DNA from: Polyangiales bacterium
GTDB lineage: Bacteria; Myxococcota_A; Polyangia; Polyangiales; Houyiibacteriaceae
Assembly (NCBI GenBank): GCA_045106895.1
Contig: JBGCFM010000016.1
Span: forward strand, 79,464-143,463
DNA: 64,000 bases
Direction: 5' to 3'
Numbering within the stretch: position 1 is the stretch's first letter; each line of letters opens with the position of its first letter. The notes beneath the pieces are model-generated. The model was not told where the DNA came from. It searched no databases and saw nothing but the letters and a program-made list of their open reading frames with translations. A program made the translations under genes and the position numbers. Below, piece by piece: positions 10,190 through 19,013 of the stretch.

Positions 10190-11503
10190 TCAGCTCTCGC
10201 GCTGCCGGATAGTGGCGCACAGTCCAGGACGTTCATCGGGACCTTCTCCGCGTGCGAAGACTAAGTCCAGGGCGTGGTGCTCAGCGACCTCTCGCGTGAT
10301 GGCGATGCCGAGCCCCTGGCCTTCCGGGTTTCGAGAGCGGGCTTCTTCTGAACGAAAACGCGCCTCGCCGAGTCTCGTGAGGTCTTCGTCGCTAACCCCT
10401 GGGCCGTCGTCGAGGACTTTGAACTCCCAGCGTTCTGCGTCGCTGAGGACCACGGCGACATGACCGCCCTCCGAACCATAACGAACGGCGTTGTGCACGA
10501 GGTTGCTCATCGCGCGTTCTAAGAGCGTTGGGTCGGCGTTGACGTAGAGCGGCGCTTGAGGAGTCGCGTGGTTCAAGGCAATGCCTTTGGCGCGGGCGAT
10601 GGGGGCGTGGCGTGCCACAACACGTTCGACGAGCTCGCCGAGGTCGACCCCGTCCACTCTGCGAACCGGGATGGCTCCCTCAAGGCGTGCCGCGGCGCTG
10701 AGGTTCTGCAAGAGCGAAGCGATATAGTGCGACTCCTCCAAGGCGCGGCGCGTGTCTTCGCCGGGCTGCACTCCGTCCAAGTTGATGAGGTGCCCTTGGA
10801 GAACCGTGAGTGGAATCATCACGTCATGCATGGTGTTGGCGACGTAGCGAGACAGCGCGGCGTCGCGCTTCGCCAGCGCCTCGACCTTGTCCTGGAGAGC
10901 AGTGCGATCGGCCTCGATCACCTTGGAGAGCTCCGCGATTTCATCGTCGCCGGGCTGTCGAATCGATCCTGCACCTTCCACTGCGCGCCGGAGACGACGG
11001 ATGCGGCGAACCATAGGGCCGGCGGCGAGGAGGGCGATGAACGCCGCCACGAGGGCGGGGACGAGAGCTAGTAGAAACCCGAGGCCGGGTTGTTGAGGTT
11101 CCGGGCGCTGCACCACGATGACGCTGCAGCGTCCTTCTCCTACGCGGAGAGCGAGGACGCGACGGCCGCCATTGTCGCTGACGTGGGAAGCCGTGTCGGA
11201 TTCGTGCAGCCCCGCGACGAGTTCCGGTTCGAGAGGCCGGAAGATGGGCATCGAAGGGGAGAGGTCTTCGTCATAGAAGCGAACGCGGGTGGGCCGAGGA
11301 GCGCGTCGCCGTCGGCCTCTCCGCCCACCGAACCGTCCGTCTTCGCAGCGCTCCTGGAGCGAGGCGTGCTGATCGCGCGCGGATTGCACCATCGCCTCGA
11401 CGGCGACGGTGTGAGCGAACCAGGCGCCGGCGGCGTAGACGAGCAGCGTGATGGGAATGACGGAGAGCGCGAGGGTGAGCGCCAACTTTCCGCGGAGCTT
11501 CAC
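10190..11503 (-). CDS. Membrane sensor histidine kinase
   Basis: Two TM helices, H-box TMHDVMIPL, NLVHNAVRY, DDGPG, GQGLG. Confidence 0.9.
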   Translation of the reverse strand: MKLRGKLALTLALSVIPITLLVYAAGAWFAHTVAVEAMVQSARDQHASLQERCEDGRFGGRRGRRRRAPRPTRVRFYDEDLSPSMPIFRPLEPELVAGLHESDTASHVSDNGGRRVLALRVGEGRCSVIVVQRPEPQQPGLGFLLALVPALVAAFIALLAAGPMVRRIRRLRRAVEGAGSIRQPGDDEIAELSKVIEADRTALQDKVEALAKRDAALSRYVANTMHDVMIPLTVLQGHLINLDGVQPGEDTRRALEESHYIASLLQNLSAAARLEGAIPVRRVDGVDLGELVERVVARHAPIARAKGIALNHATPQAPLYVNADPTLLERAMSNLVHNAVRYGSEGGHVAVVLSDAERWEFKVLDDGPGVSDEDLTRLGEARFRSEEARSRNPEGQGLGIAITREVAEHHALDLVFARGEGPDERPGLCATIRQRES

Positions 11504-12171
11504 GCTTCCGGGCCCGCGGTCTCAAGCTTGTAGCCGATACCCCAGACGGTCTTCAGCTGTGCCGCCGCGCCGCCAAGCTTCTTCCGGAGACGTGAGATGT
11601 GCACATCCAAGGTACGCTGTCCGCCCTCGTGTCCGGGGTCCAGGGCCGCATCGACGAGGGCCGCGCGGGTCATCGCGGAGGATGGGCGGCGCATCAGCGC
11701 CAAGAGGATCTCGAACTCAGCGGTGGTGAGCTCGATCTCTTCGCCGCTCACGCTCACCCGACGTGCATCTTCGTCGAGGGTGATGGCGCCCACCACGAGT
11801 TCGTTCGTCTCGCGTTCAAAGAGCGGGCGGCGGAGTCGGGCCGCGACGCGAGCGAGGAGTTCCTCGGGCCAGAACGGCTTGGTGAGGTAGTCGTCGGCGC
11901 CAAGCTGGAGCGCGCGCACTTTGTCGGAGGTGTCCGAACGGGCGCTTAGGATCAGGGCGGGAACGTCTGAACGCCGCCGGTAGGCCTTGAGAATGTCGAG
12001 GCCGTAGGTGCCCGGAAGCATCAGGTCGAGAACCACAAGCCGGACGTTTGAGAGGTCGGCATCTCGCGCTTTGTCCCCGTGGCGAAACCACTCCACTTCG
12101 TAGCCGGCGTCCGTGAGGGTTTTGACGATCTGAGCGCCAAGCGCTTCGTCGTCTTCGGCGAGAAGAATCAT
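11500..12171 (-). CDS. OmpR-family response regulator
   Basis: ILLAEDD, LDLMLPG, GADDYLTKPF, winged helix DVHISRLRKKL...TVWGIGY. Confidence 0.95.
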   Translation of the reverse strand: MILLAEDDEALGAQIVKTLTDAGYEVEWFRHGDKARDADLSNVRLVVLDLMLPGTYGLDILKAYRRRSDVPALILSARSDTSDKVRALQLGADDYLTKPFWPEELLARVAARLRRPLFERETNELVVGAITLDEDARRVSVSGEEIELTTAEFEILLALMRRPSSAMTRAALVDAALDPGHEGGQRTLDVHISRLRKKLGGAAAQLKTVWGIGYKLETAGPEA

Positions 12172-12785
12172 GAGAGGACATCCGCGAGCATGGGGCCGCG
12201 ACCAGAGCGCAGCGCGATGGTGCGCTCTACAAAGACGCGCAGAAGATTCTCGAGTGCCAGCGCATCGGGACCGGACCCAAGAGCACGAAGCGCGCGAGCA
12301 ACGGCTTCAAGTGTGCAGAGCCGGCCCTCGCGGCGCCCTTGCCGAAGCGGGTACGCGGAGGGAGCGTCCGTGGGGAGGGAGACGAGGGGAAGAGCGAGCA
12401 AAGGAAGACTCCTCACGTGGGCCTTGGCCCGTCGCCAAGTCCCGTCGACGACGATGATAGGTGCGCCCGCGTCTGCTGGGGAGAGTCTCCTCGCCGCGCC
12501 GGGGAACAGAAGGAGTGCGCCGTCTGGAACAGCCTTGGGTCGCCCCACGGTCCAGCTGCCGCCGAGTGCTGTGCGCGCGAGCCAGCCAGTGTTTGTGGTG
12601 CGGCGCTCCTCCTCAGGGTCGACGACGAAGTGAAAAGGCGAAGGCGGCTTCAGATGCGGGAGGATATCGCACATACACGTCGTGAGACGCGAACGACACG
12701 TGATACATCGCGCGCCCCGCATGCCCCGAGCCCCTTGTCGCTTCGGGTGCTCGGCGTTCCTTCGTTTTTCCTTTTCCTCCTCCAT
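12168..12785 (-). CDS. DTW-domain protein (tRNA-uridine aminocarboxypropyltransferase-like)
   Basis: CxxC...CxC zinc knuckle, TNTG, DGTW, LCTLEA; start uncertain (12785 or 12722). Confidence 0.8.
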   Translation of the reverse strand: MEEEKEKRRNAEHPKRQGARGMRGARCITCRSRLTTCMCDILPHLKPPSPFHFVVDPEEERRTTNTGWLARTALGGSWTVGRPKAVPDGALLLFPGAARRLSPADAGAPIIVVDGTWRRAKAHVRSLPLLALPLVSLPTDAPSAYPLRQGRREGRLCTLEAVARALRALGSGPDALALENLLRVFVERTIALRSGRGPMLADVLS

Positions 12786-12931
12786 TTGCCGGCAGACCGT
12801 ACTCCATTCGATTCCCCTTCGCATGGCGTGAATACGGATGTCTGGTGCGTCCAATCTTCCAGCGTGATTAGGGCATCGCGGAATCATCGTTTATGCTTGG
12901 AGGGCCAGCGTGCGCCATCAGGAGTAATCGA

Positions 12932-13522
12932 ATGCGCGCCTTTCTCATTGCCCTCGCCATTCTCAACTTTTCAGGAAATACGTTCGCGTCGGGACCAAGC
13001 CTCGACGTCATCGCCACAGAAGCGTTCAGCCTCTATCCAACGGTGTCGACGGACCTGACGTTTGAGAGTGCGCGATCCCAGCTTGGCTGGGGGAGCTTCG
13101 ACCTGACGGCGGTGCCGGAGGTCGACGAGATTCGCGTCGATCTCGTGATCGGTGTGCCCGCGGCGGAGGTGGCCTGGGGCGAGTGCAAGGTCTTGGAGCT
13201 CGTTGGCGCTCATTCACGTGTGGCTCGTTCCGCCGACTGGGCGGGAGTGCCGATGGCGAACGGAGTCTTCGATTCGCTGCGCGGCCGCCTCACCATTCAA
13301 GACATTCGAAGCCTCGCGCGAGGGCAGACCTCCTTCGCCGATGTTTGCGGAGAACGCGTGTTCTTCGACGACGAGGCCCGCCAGTCCATGCTCCGCTTCG
13401 TCGAGACCTTCGACGAACTTGCCCTGACCACCGGTGAGAGCGCGCCTTCGCCGCCGCTAGAGCTCGGGCCCGACCACGACTTCTTTCCCGAGGCTCCTCT
13501 TCTCTTTCCGTTTCCGGCCTAG
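12932..13522 (+). CDS. Hypothetical secreted protein
   Basis: GGAG RBS before ATG 12932; signal peptide MRAFLIALAILNFSGNTFA. Confidence 0.6.
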   Translation: MRAFLIALAILNFSGNTFASGPSLDVIATEAFSLYPTVSTDLTFESARSQLGWGSFDLTAVPEVDEIRVDLVIGVPAAEVAWGECKVLELVGAHSRVARSADWAGVPMANGVFDSLRGRLTIQDIRSLARGQTSFADVCGERVFFDDEARQSMLRFVETFDELALTTGESAPSPPLELGPDHDFFPEAPLLFPFPA

Positions 13523-14413
13523 CTTGTCTATCACACGCGCCACAACTCGCTCACTCGCGAAGAAAGGGGCGAAGGCGACGAAGGTGAGCTGGAAGGCAAA
13601 GCCGATGGCCATGAGCGCCAGTACCCCGAGGTGGAAGCCCCACACGAGCACCGCCCAGACTTTGCCGAAGCCGCGGTGGAGCACGGCGACGGGAGCAGCG
13701 ACTTCGAGGAATAGGCTCAGCCACGCCATGCCACTGAACATGCCGGCGTAGGGAAGGAGCGCGGCGCCAATGGGCGAGTAGACGCTGCCGAGTTCCAGCT
13801 TTCGCACGTTGTCGAAGGCGACGTAGTTCCGGAGCGTGTCGCCCTGGGCGAAGTCGAAGCCGCTGTTTCGAAGCTTCGCGATGCCGGCGATGAGATACGC
13901 CGCCGCGCAGACCATGCACATGAGGCGAATCATCCAGCCATAGCGACCTTCACGTTCACGAGCCGCGAGTTCGTCCGGTGCGCGGGGACTTCGGCGGGCA
14001 TCGAAGCTGAACGCGTCCGCCGCCGGGACAAGAGCGAGGCAGCCGACGTACAGCACGAAGAGGTTGTCCGTGTGGAGGATCTTTCCCCAGGAATTGCTGT
14101 GCGTGAGAACGAAGAGCAAGCCCGCAGCGTAGAGCGGCGCGAGCAAACGGAAACGCCAGCCGAGGAGAAATGCAAAGCTCAACAAGACGGTGATCAGCAC
14201 GACGCCTTGGTAGAGCGCTGGGAGCAGCGGGGCGTCAGACCAGGCGACGATTCCGACGGGAAGGAATCGGTCCAAGTCGTCGAGGCCGTAGCTCCAAAGG
14301 TGAGGGAGCCGAATGCACAAGTAGAGCGAGCCGTAGAGGCCGACGAGAATCCGCAGGCTGGCCAGGCGCGTCGCCGGTGCCGCGTCGAAGAACCAATCGC
14401 TGAGCCGCTTCAA
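13457..14413 (-). CDS. HTTM-domain multi-pass membrane protein
   Basis: LASLRILVG, LLGWRFR, GKILH, FSFDA, YLIAGIAKL, FHLG pattern typical of HTTM/SdpB-like proteins. Confidence 0.75.
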   Translation of the reverse strand: MKRLSDWFFDAAPATRLASLRILVGLYGSLYLCIRLPHLWSYGLDDLDRFLPVGIVAWSDAPLLPALYQGVVLITVLLSFAFLLGWRFRLLAPLYAAGLLFVLTHSNSWGKILHTDNLFVLYVGCLALVPAADAFSFDARRSPRAPDELAAREREGRYGWMIRLMCMVCAAAYLIAGIAKLRNSGFDFAQGDTLRNYVAFDNVRKLELGSVYSPIGAALLPYAGMFSGMAWLSLFLEVAAPVAVLHRGFGKVWAVLVWGFHLGVLALMAIGFAFQLTFVAFAPFFASERVVARVIDKLGRKRKEKRSLGKEVVVGPEL

Positions 14414-14892
14414 GGCGCGACCTCGCAGCGCGCGTGGATGACGTGCTCTTGGAGAGAGTCCTGTGGGTCTTCGCTGGCGAAGTACACAACCGTGTCCCAG
14501 GTGTCCGTCGCGAGTTCCACCTCGGCGTAGTCTTCGCCGGCGGCTCGGATGCGCCCGGCGACCTCTGCGCAGAACGCGTCTGCACCATGCTGAACGCCGA
14601 TCTCGATAGTCCGCAGAGACTGGAGCACCTCGCGGTTACCGGCGCTGAGCATAGGTGAGAGAGGCTCGCGCGAGCCATCTGCGCGAACGCCAACGGCGTG
14701 CATGAGCGTCAGAACTGGGCTTGGGCGTCCATGAGAGAACATCGGGTAACTGGACAGCGGAAACGAATCTTCGTGGGGTTCCCAGCTAACGGGAACGAAC
14801 ACGATGGCGAGGAGCGCCAGCGCAAAAAGGACCGCCGCGACACGCCAGCCGCGCGACCTTTGGGGATTCTCTACTGGTTCTTTCGTAACCAT
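14410..14892 (-). CDS. Membrane-anchored hypothetical protein coupled to the HTTM gene
   Basis: One TM helix then DSFPLSSYPMFS; stop overlaps the HTTM start. Confidence 0.6.
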   Translation of the reverse strand: MVTKEPVENPQRSRGWRVAAVLFALALLAIVFVPVSWEPHEDSFPLSSYPMFSHGRPSPVLTLMHAVGVRADGSREPLSPMLSAGNREVLQSLRTIEIGVQHGADAFCAEVAGRIRAAGEDYAEVELATDTWDTVVYFASEDPQDSLQEHVIHARCEVAP

Positions 14893-15791
14893 CGGCGGCG
14901 AATATGACCGGAGTTCAGGAAGCCCCAGAGGGCGCCGACGACGAGACCACCGGAGTGGCCCCAGTTGGCCACGGGCATGAAGCCGGCGAAGCAAAGCACG
15001 TAGAATCCAAGCATCCACATGACGGTTGTTTTAGGGAGCGCCAAGGGAAACGCCGGGTCGTAGCGCCCGCGGATCCAAATATAGCCAAAGAGACCGTAGA
15101 CAACCCCGGAGAGTCCACCGAAGTACACGCCGCCGAAGTAAAACTGCGGGAACGCGCCTGCGAGGTGCGTGACGACGAAGAAGCACACGAGCCACAGGCT
15201 GGAGTGAACACGTTCAAGGCTGGCGGCGAGATCCTTCCACCACCACAGGTTGAAGAGAATATGAAAGATGCTGAGATGCACAAACGCAGGGGAGAGGATG
15301 CGCCAGACCTCACCGTTTTCCCATGTCGCGACGAGCCACGCCGTCTTCGTGTAGAACACGCCCCCTTGAAGAATGGGGACCGACGCGAACCAAAAGTGCT
15401 GAACGGCGGCCCGATCGTCTCCGAGCTCCGTGACGAACGCGATGCACGCGCAGATGCCGATCACGGCGATGGTGATCGGCCCCATGCCGTCGGCTTTGAA
15501 GGTGTCCCGCGCTTTCATGACGCGGTGACGGCTCTTCTTCTCGCGGACCTTCTCCTTTTTGCGGAGCGCCGAGGCGCTCTCTTTCAGCTTGGAGAACCGG
15601 GCGTCATTTGGGTCTTTAAGAAAGACCTCGAGGATCGCCTTCGCGGCGTCGAGGTCATCGTCATTCTCGACCCATACATGGAACGAGCCGTCCTTGCTCT
15701 CGCGCAACGATGCTCCGATGGAATCACCGTAGAGCGCTTCCGAAAAGCGCTCGGCGTCCTTCTCGGACTCAAAGGCATGGAGCATGCGCAT
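14871..15791 (-). CDS. glpG: Rhomboid intramembrane serine protease with GlpG-like N-terminal domain
   Basis: EVWR, HLSIFHILFN, catalytic GGLSG and NWGHSGG. Confidence 0.88.
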   Translation of the reverse strand: MRMLHAFESEKDAERFSEALYGDSIGASLRESKDGSFHVWVENDDDLDAAKAILEVFLKDPNDARFSKLKESASALRKKEKVREKKSRHRVMKARDTFKADGMGPITIAVIGICACIAFVTELGDDRAAVQHFWFASVPILQGGVFYTKTAWLVATWENGEVWRILSPAFVHLSIFHILFNLWWWKDLAASLERVHSSLWLVCFFVVTHLAGAFPQFYFGGVYFGGLSGVVYGLFGYIWIRGRYDPAFPLALPKTTVMWMLGFYVLCFAGFMPVANWGHSGGLVVGALWGFLNSGHIRRRWLRKNQ

Positions 15792-15846
15792 GCCGAGGTC
15801 ATAGCGCAGATGCGCTCCTCGTCGATCGGCTAGGTCACAGAGGCCC

Positions 15847-16527
15847 TCACGTCTCGGGTTTTAGAAGAGGAGCGTATGACTCATCTCGATCGCGACAGAT
15901 ATCGGCGAGTACGCCTTCCAATCGCCCTTGGCCTTCGCGTCGCAACGTCGCGGCGTTGGTTTCCGCCACCCGTTCGTGAAGCGGAGGCTTTGAGGGAGGG
16001 GCCGAGAGGATCGACGCAAAGTCGACGTTCTCAAGGTCGATGAAACCCGTACCGGAGTCTGAGCCGCTTCGAACCGAGTCAAGGACGCTCCGTCGCACCA
16101 TTTGGATCGTCGGGTCGGGAGAGCGTCGAACGAAGGGGAGGGCGCGGGCGGCGCTCGAGTCATTAAAGGGCGCGCTGGGGTGAAACGCGGCGAGGGCCAT
16201 CGGAGGAGAGCCGTCGTAGACTTCTGCGTACTCTTCCCGAAGCGTCGCGGTGAGCTGCTCGAACGCCTTACGCTCCATGTCGAGCGCCGGAAAGAGAATG
16301 AACGTCACCTCGTAGGTTTCGTCCTCGCCGAGCTCTTTCATGGCGTCGAGGATCGGCGCGCGCGTGTCGCCTTCGGCGTAGAGGAGCACACGCGTCGCCG
16401 TCCGGCCCTCCACGCGTGCCTTCTTTGCCCACGGACAGAATCCAAAGCCCTCCACAAACTCAACGCTGAAACGTTCGTGGATTCGCCGCGCTTCGGTGAT
16501 GAGCGCGTCCAGGTGTTCGGGTTTCAC
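15847..16527 (-). CDS. DUF1415-like protein
   Basis: FVEGFGFCPWAK, AAFHP, RRSPDPTIQMVR, N-x3-L motifs. Confidence 0.7.
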   Translation of the reverse strand: MKPEHLDALITEARRIHERFSVEFVEGFGFCPWAKKARVEGRTATRVLLYAEGDTRAPILDAMKELGEDETYEVTFILFPALDMERKAFEQLTATLREEYAEVYDGSPPMALAAFHPSAPFNDSSAARALPFVRRSPDPTIQMVRRSVLDSVRSGSDSGTGFIDLENVDFASILSAPPSKPPLHERVAETNAATLRREGQGRLEGVLADICRDRDESYAPLLKPET

Positions 16528-16654
16528 CCCCCGATGGTATCTCAGCTCCTCGAAAGTGGGCGATCTTGTTCAGGCCGCTTCTGAACGTTGCCTCCGCTCT
16601 TGGTTGGCGGCGCGAAGCACTCGGCGCGAATCCCGTTCCTGCTAGGCTGTGTGC

Positions 16655-18946
16655 ATGGGCCGCCTGACTCGATTGACGTTCGCGCTCGTCGTCGTCGCGT
16701 GTGGCGGTGGCGAGGTGTCGAGTCCCCGAGAGCAGCGTCGCGCTACGCCTCCACCGTCCGAAGAGGTGATGGTTCCCGTCGTCGCCGAGACTTCACCGCC
16801 TCGCGTTCGTGTCTCATTGCCTCCTCCGATTCGCATCGACGTCAACGCGGAGCGAGCCATCGACGCCGCCGTAGCGGGCGCGCTGGCGGCGGATTCACTG
16901 CCCGGTGCCGTCGTGCTCATCGGAGACTCCCAAGGGACACATTTTGCGCGCGCGTATGGTCAGCGTTCCGTTGAACCAACGAGGTCACGCATGAGCCTCG
17001 ACACGGTCTTTGACCTCGCGTCGCTCACGAAAGTGTTTACGGCCCTCGGTGTTCTACGCCTCGTGGCCGCCGGTCGACTCACCTTGGAAGAGGACTTAGG
17101 TCGTCACATCCCGGCCCTTGCAGGCGTGAGCGCCGAGGATCTTCTGCTTCATCGCGCGGGTTTCCCGGCGGTGGATGCGCTCGGTGACTACGTCACGGAT
17201 CGAGATACGAATATCGAACGCATCTTGGCGACGGAGCGAACTCCGCCGGGTGCCTTCCGCTACTCAGACCTCGGCTACATTGCCTTGGGCGAGGTCATCG
17301 AGCGCATGAGCGGCAAACCTCTCGATGAAGCGATTCGCGAGCTGGTCTGTGAACCCCTTGGCCTTCAGGCGCGCTTCCGGCCGGAGTTCGACGAACGTAT
17401 CGCTCCAACGGAGTATGCGCCGCGCCGCGCCGCAGAAGGCGAAGAGCCGCCGATGATTCGCGGCGTGGTACATGATCCACGCGCGTATCGCCTCGGCGGC
17501 GTCGCCGGCCACGCCGGACTCTTCGCGAGCGCCTCGGACGTCGCGAAGGTTGCTCGAATGCTCCTCGGCGGCGTCGACGGCTTTCTGCCCGAGGCGCTGC
17601 GCCGGCGCATGCTGACGCCCGTGCGCATGGGCGAGGCGGAGCGAACTTTGGGCTTGGATGCCTACGACGGCGGAGTCGCCCACCGCGGCTTCACGGGAAC
17701 CTTCCTCCACGTCCACGAAGGCCATGGGCGCTTCGCCGTAGTGTTGACTCACGCCGTTCACCCGAGAGCCCAGGGTAACGCGGCTCCGTTGCGCGACGCC
17801 ATTCGCGCTCTCGCGAATGAAGTCCAGGTCCTCGCCGAGCCCGCGGAACTCGCTTTCGGCATCGATGTCCTTCGGGCGGAGAGCTTTCGCCGCCTCGCGG
17901 GGAAACGAGTCGGACTGTTCACGCATGATGCCGCCGTCGCACGAGACGGACAGACCACGCGACGTCTCCTTCAAGACGCCGTCGACCTACGCCTGCTTTT
18001 TGCGCCGGAGCACGGCCTAGGCGCGAACCGCGAAGGCGTGATTGCAGACGAGCGCGCAGACGGCGTCGTCATACAGAGCCTCTTTGGGGCAAACCGTGAT
18101 CCGCGCCCTGAGGCCTTTGAGCGCTTCGATGTGTTGATTGTCGATATTCAAGATGTCGGCGCGCGCTTCTACACATACTTTGCGTCCATGCATCGCCTGC
18201 TCCGCGCAGCGGCGCTCGCTGGCACACCCGTTCTCATTCTCGACCGTCCGAACCCGCTTGGCGGCGTCCGCGTTGAAGGGCCCCTCGTCGAGCCTTCCCA
18301 CGAGACCTTCATCAACCACCACCCGCTGCCGATCTTGCATGGACTCAGCGCGGGGGAGATGGCTCGGCTTCTCGTCGCCGAGGAGGAGCTCGATGTAGAC
18401 CTCGAGGTCGTCACGATACAAGGCTGGAGCGGCGAGACCTGGCGTGATCTTAACCTCCGCTGGGTGCCCGCCTCGCCGAACCTTCGAACTCTCGACGCCG
18501 TGGAGCTCTATCCCGCCGTCGCTCTCGTCGAAGGCGCCAATGTGTCCGTGGGCCGAGGGACAGATACGCCTTTTCAGCTCGTCGGCGCACCCTACGTCGA
18601 CGCGGAGCGCTTGCTGGCGGCGGTTGTCGCCGCCGGCGGACGCGGCGAAGTCGCGTCCTTCGAGCCCAGCGCGAGGCCGTTTCGAGGCCGCCCGTGCCAT
18701 GGAGTACGCCTGAGCCCCGACGGCTCATCTCTGGCTCTCGGCTTCGCCATTCTCGGAAGTCTCGCCACCCACCGGCAGTTTCAAGGGGCTCGCACGGCGG
18801 GTCTTCTGGCGTCGGATACTGTCCAGCGCGAGGCCCTGCGCGGCCAGGCAGGTCTCGTGGAGAGCTTTCGTCCAGCAGAGCTTGCGTTTGAGGCTCGCCG
18901 CGTCCCACATTTGCTGTATGAAAGGCGCTCACAAGAAACGCCGTGA
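16655..18946 (+). CDS. Lipoprotein fusion: beta-lactamase-like serine hydrolase + NamZ (DUF1343) exo-N-acetylmuramidase
   Basis: Lipobox VVAC; FDLASLTK, YSDLGY, AGHAGLF, HRGFTG; then PEHG, DIQDVGARFYTY, LDRPNP, SVGRGT. Confidence 0.88.
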   Translation: MGRLTRLTFALVVVACGGGEVSSPREQRRATPPPSEEVMVPVVAETSPPRVRVSLPPPIRIDVNAERAIDAAVAGALAADSLPGAVVLIGDSQGTHFARAYGQRSVEPTRSRMSLDTVFDLASLTKVFTALGVLRLVAAGRLTLEEDLGRHIPALAGVSAEDLLLHRAGFPAVDALGDYVTDRDTNIERILATERTPPGAFRYSDLGYIALGEVIERMSGKPLDEAIRELVCEPLGLQARFRPEFDERIAPTEYAPRRAAEGEEPPMIRGVVHDPRAYRLGGVAGHAGLFASASDVAKVARMLLGGVDGFLPEALRRRMLTPVRMGEAERTLGLDAYDGGVAHRGFTGTFLHVHEGHGRFAVVLTHAVHPRAQGNAAPLRDAIRALANEVQVLAEPAELAFGIDVLRAESFRRLAGKRVGLFTHDAAVARDGQTTRRLLQDAVDLRLLFAPEHGLGANREGVIADERADGVVIQSLFGANRDPRPEAFERFDVLIVDIQDVGARFYTYFASMHRLLRAAALAGTPVLILDRPNPLGGVRVEGPLVEPSHETFINHHPLPILHGLSAGEMARLLVAEEELDVDLEVVTIQGWSGETWRDLNLRWVPASPNLRTLDAVELYPAVALVEGANVSVGRGTDTPFQLVGAPYVDAERLLAAVVAAGGRGEVASFEPSARPFRGRPCHGVRLSPDGSSLALGFAILGSLATHRQFQGARTAGLLASDTVQREALRGQAGLVESFRPAELAFEARRVPHLLYERRSQETP

Positions 18947-19013
18947 ACATTGACTTTCGCGGGGGTTCATGGCCGGATCACCCGGCTCCATCTCCTGGGG
19001 CGCCCTTTTCACT

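Noticed and set aside
16655..17830. Beta-lactam resistance gene
   Set aside because: YSD and HRG variants plus the NamZ fusion fit a recycling hydrolase better than AmpC.
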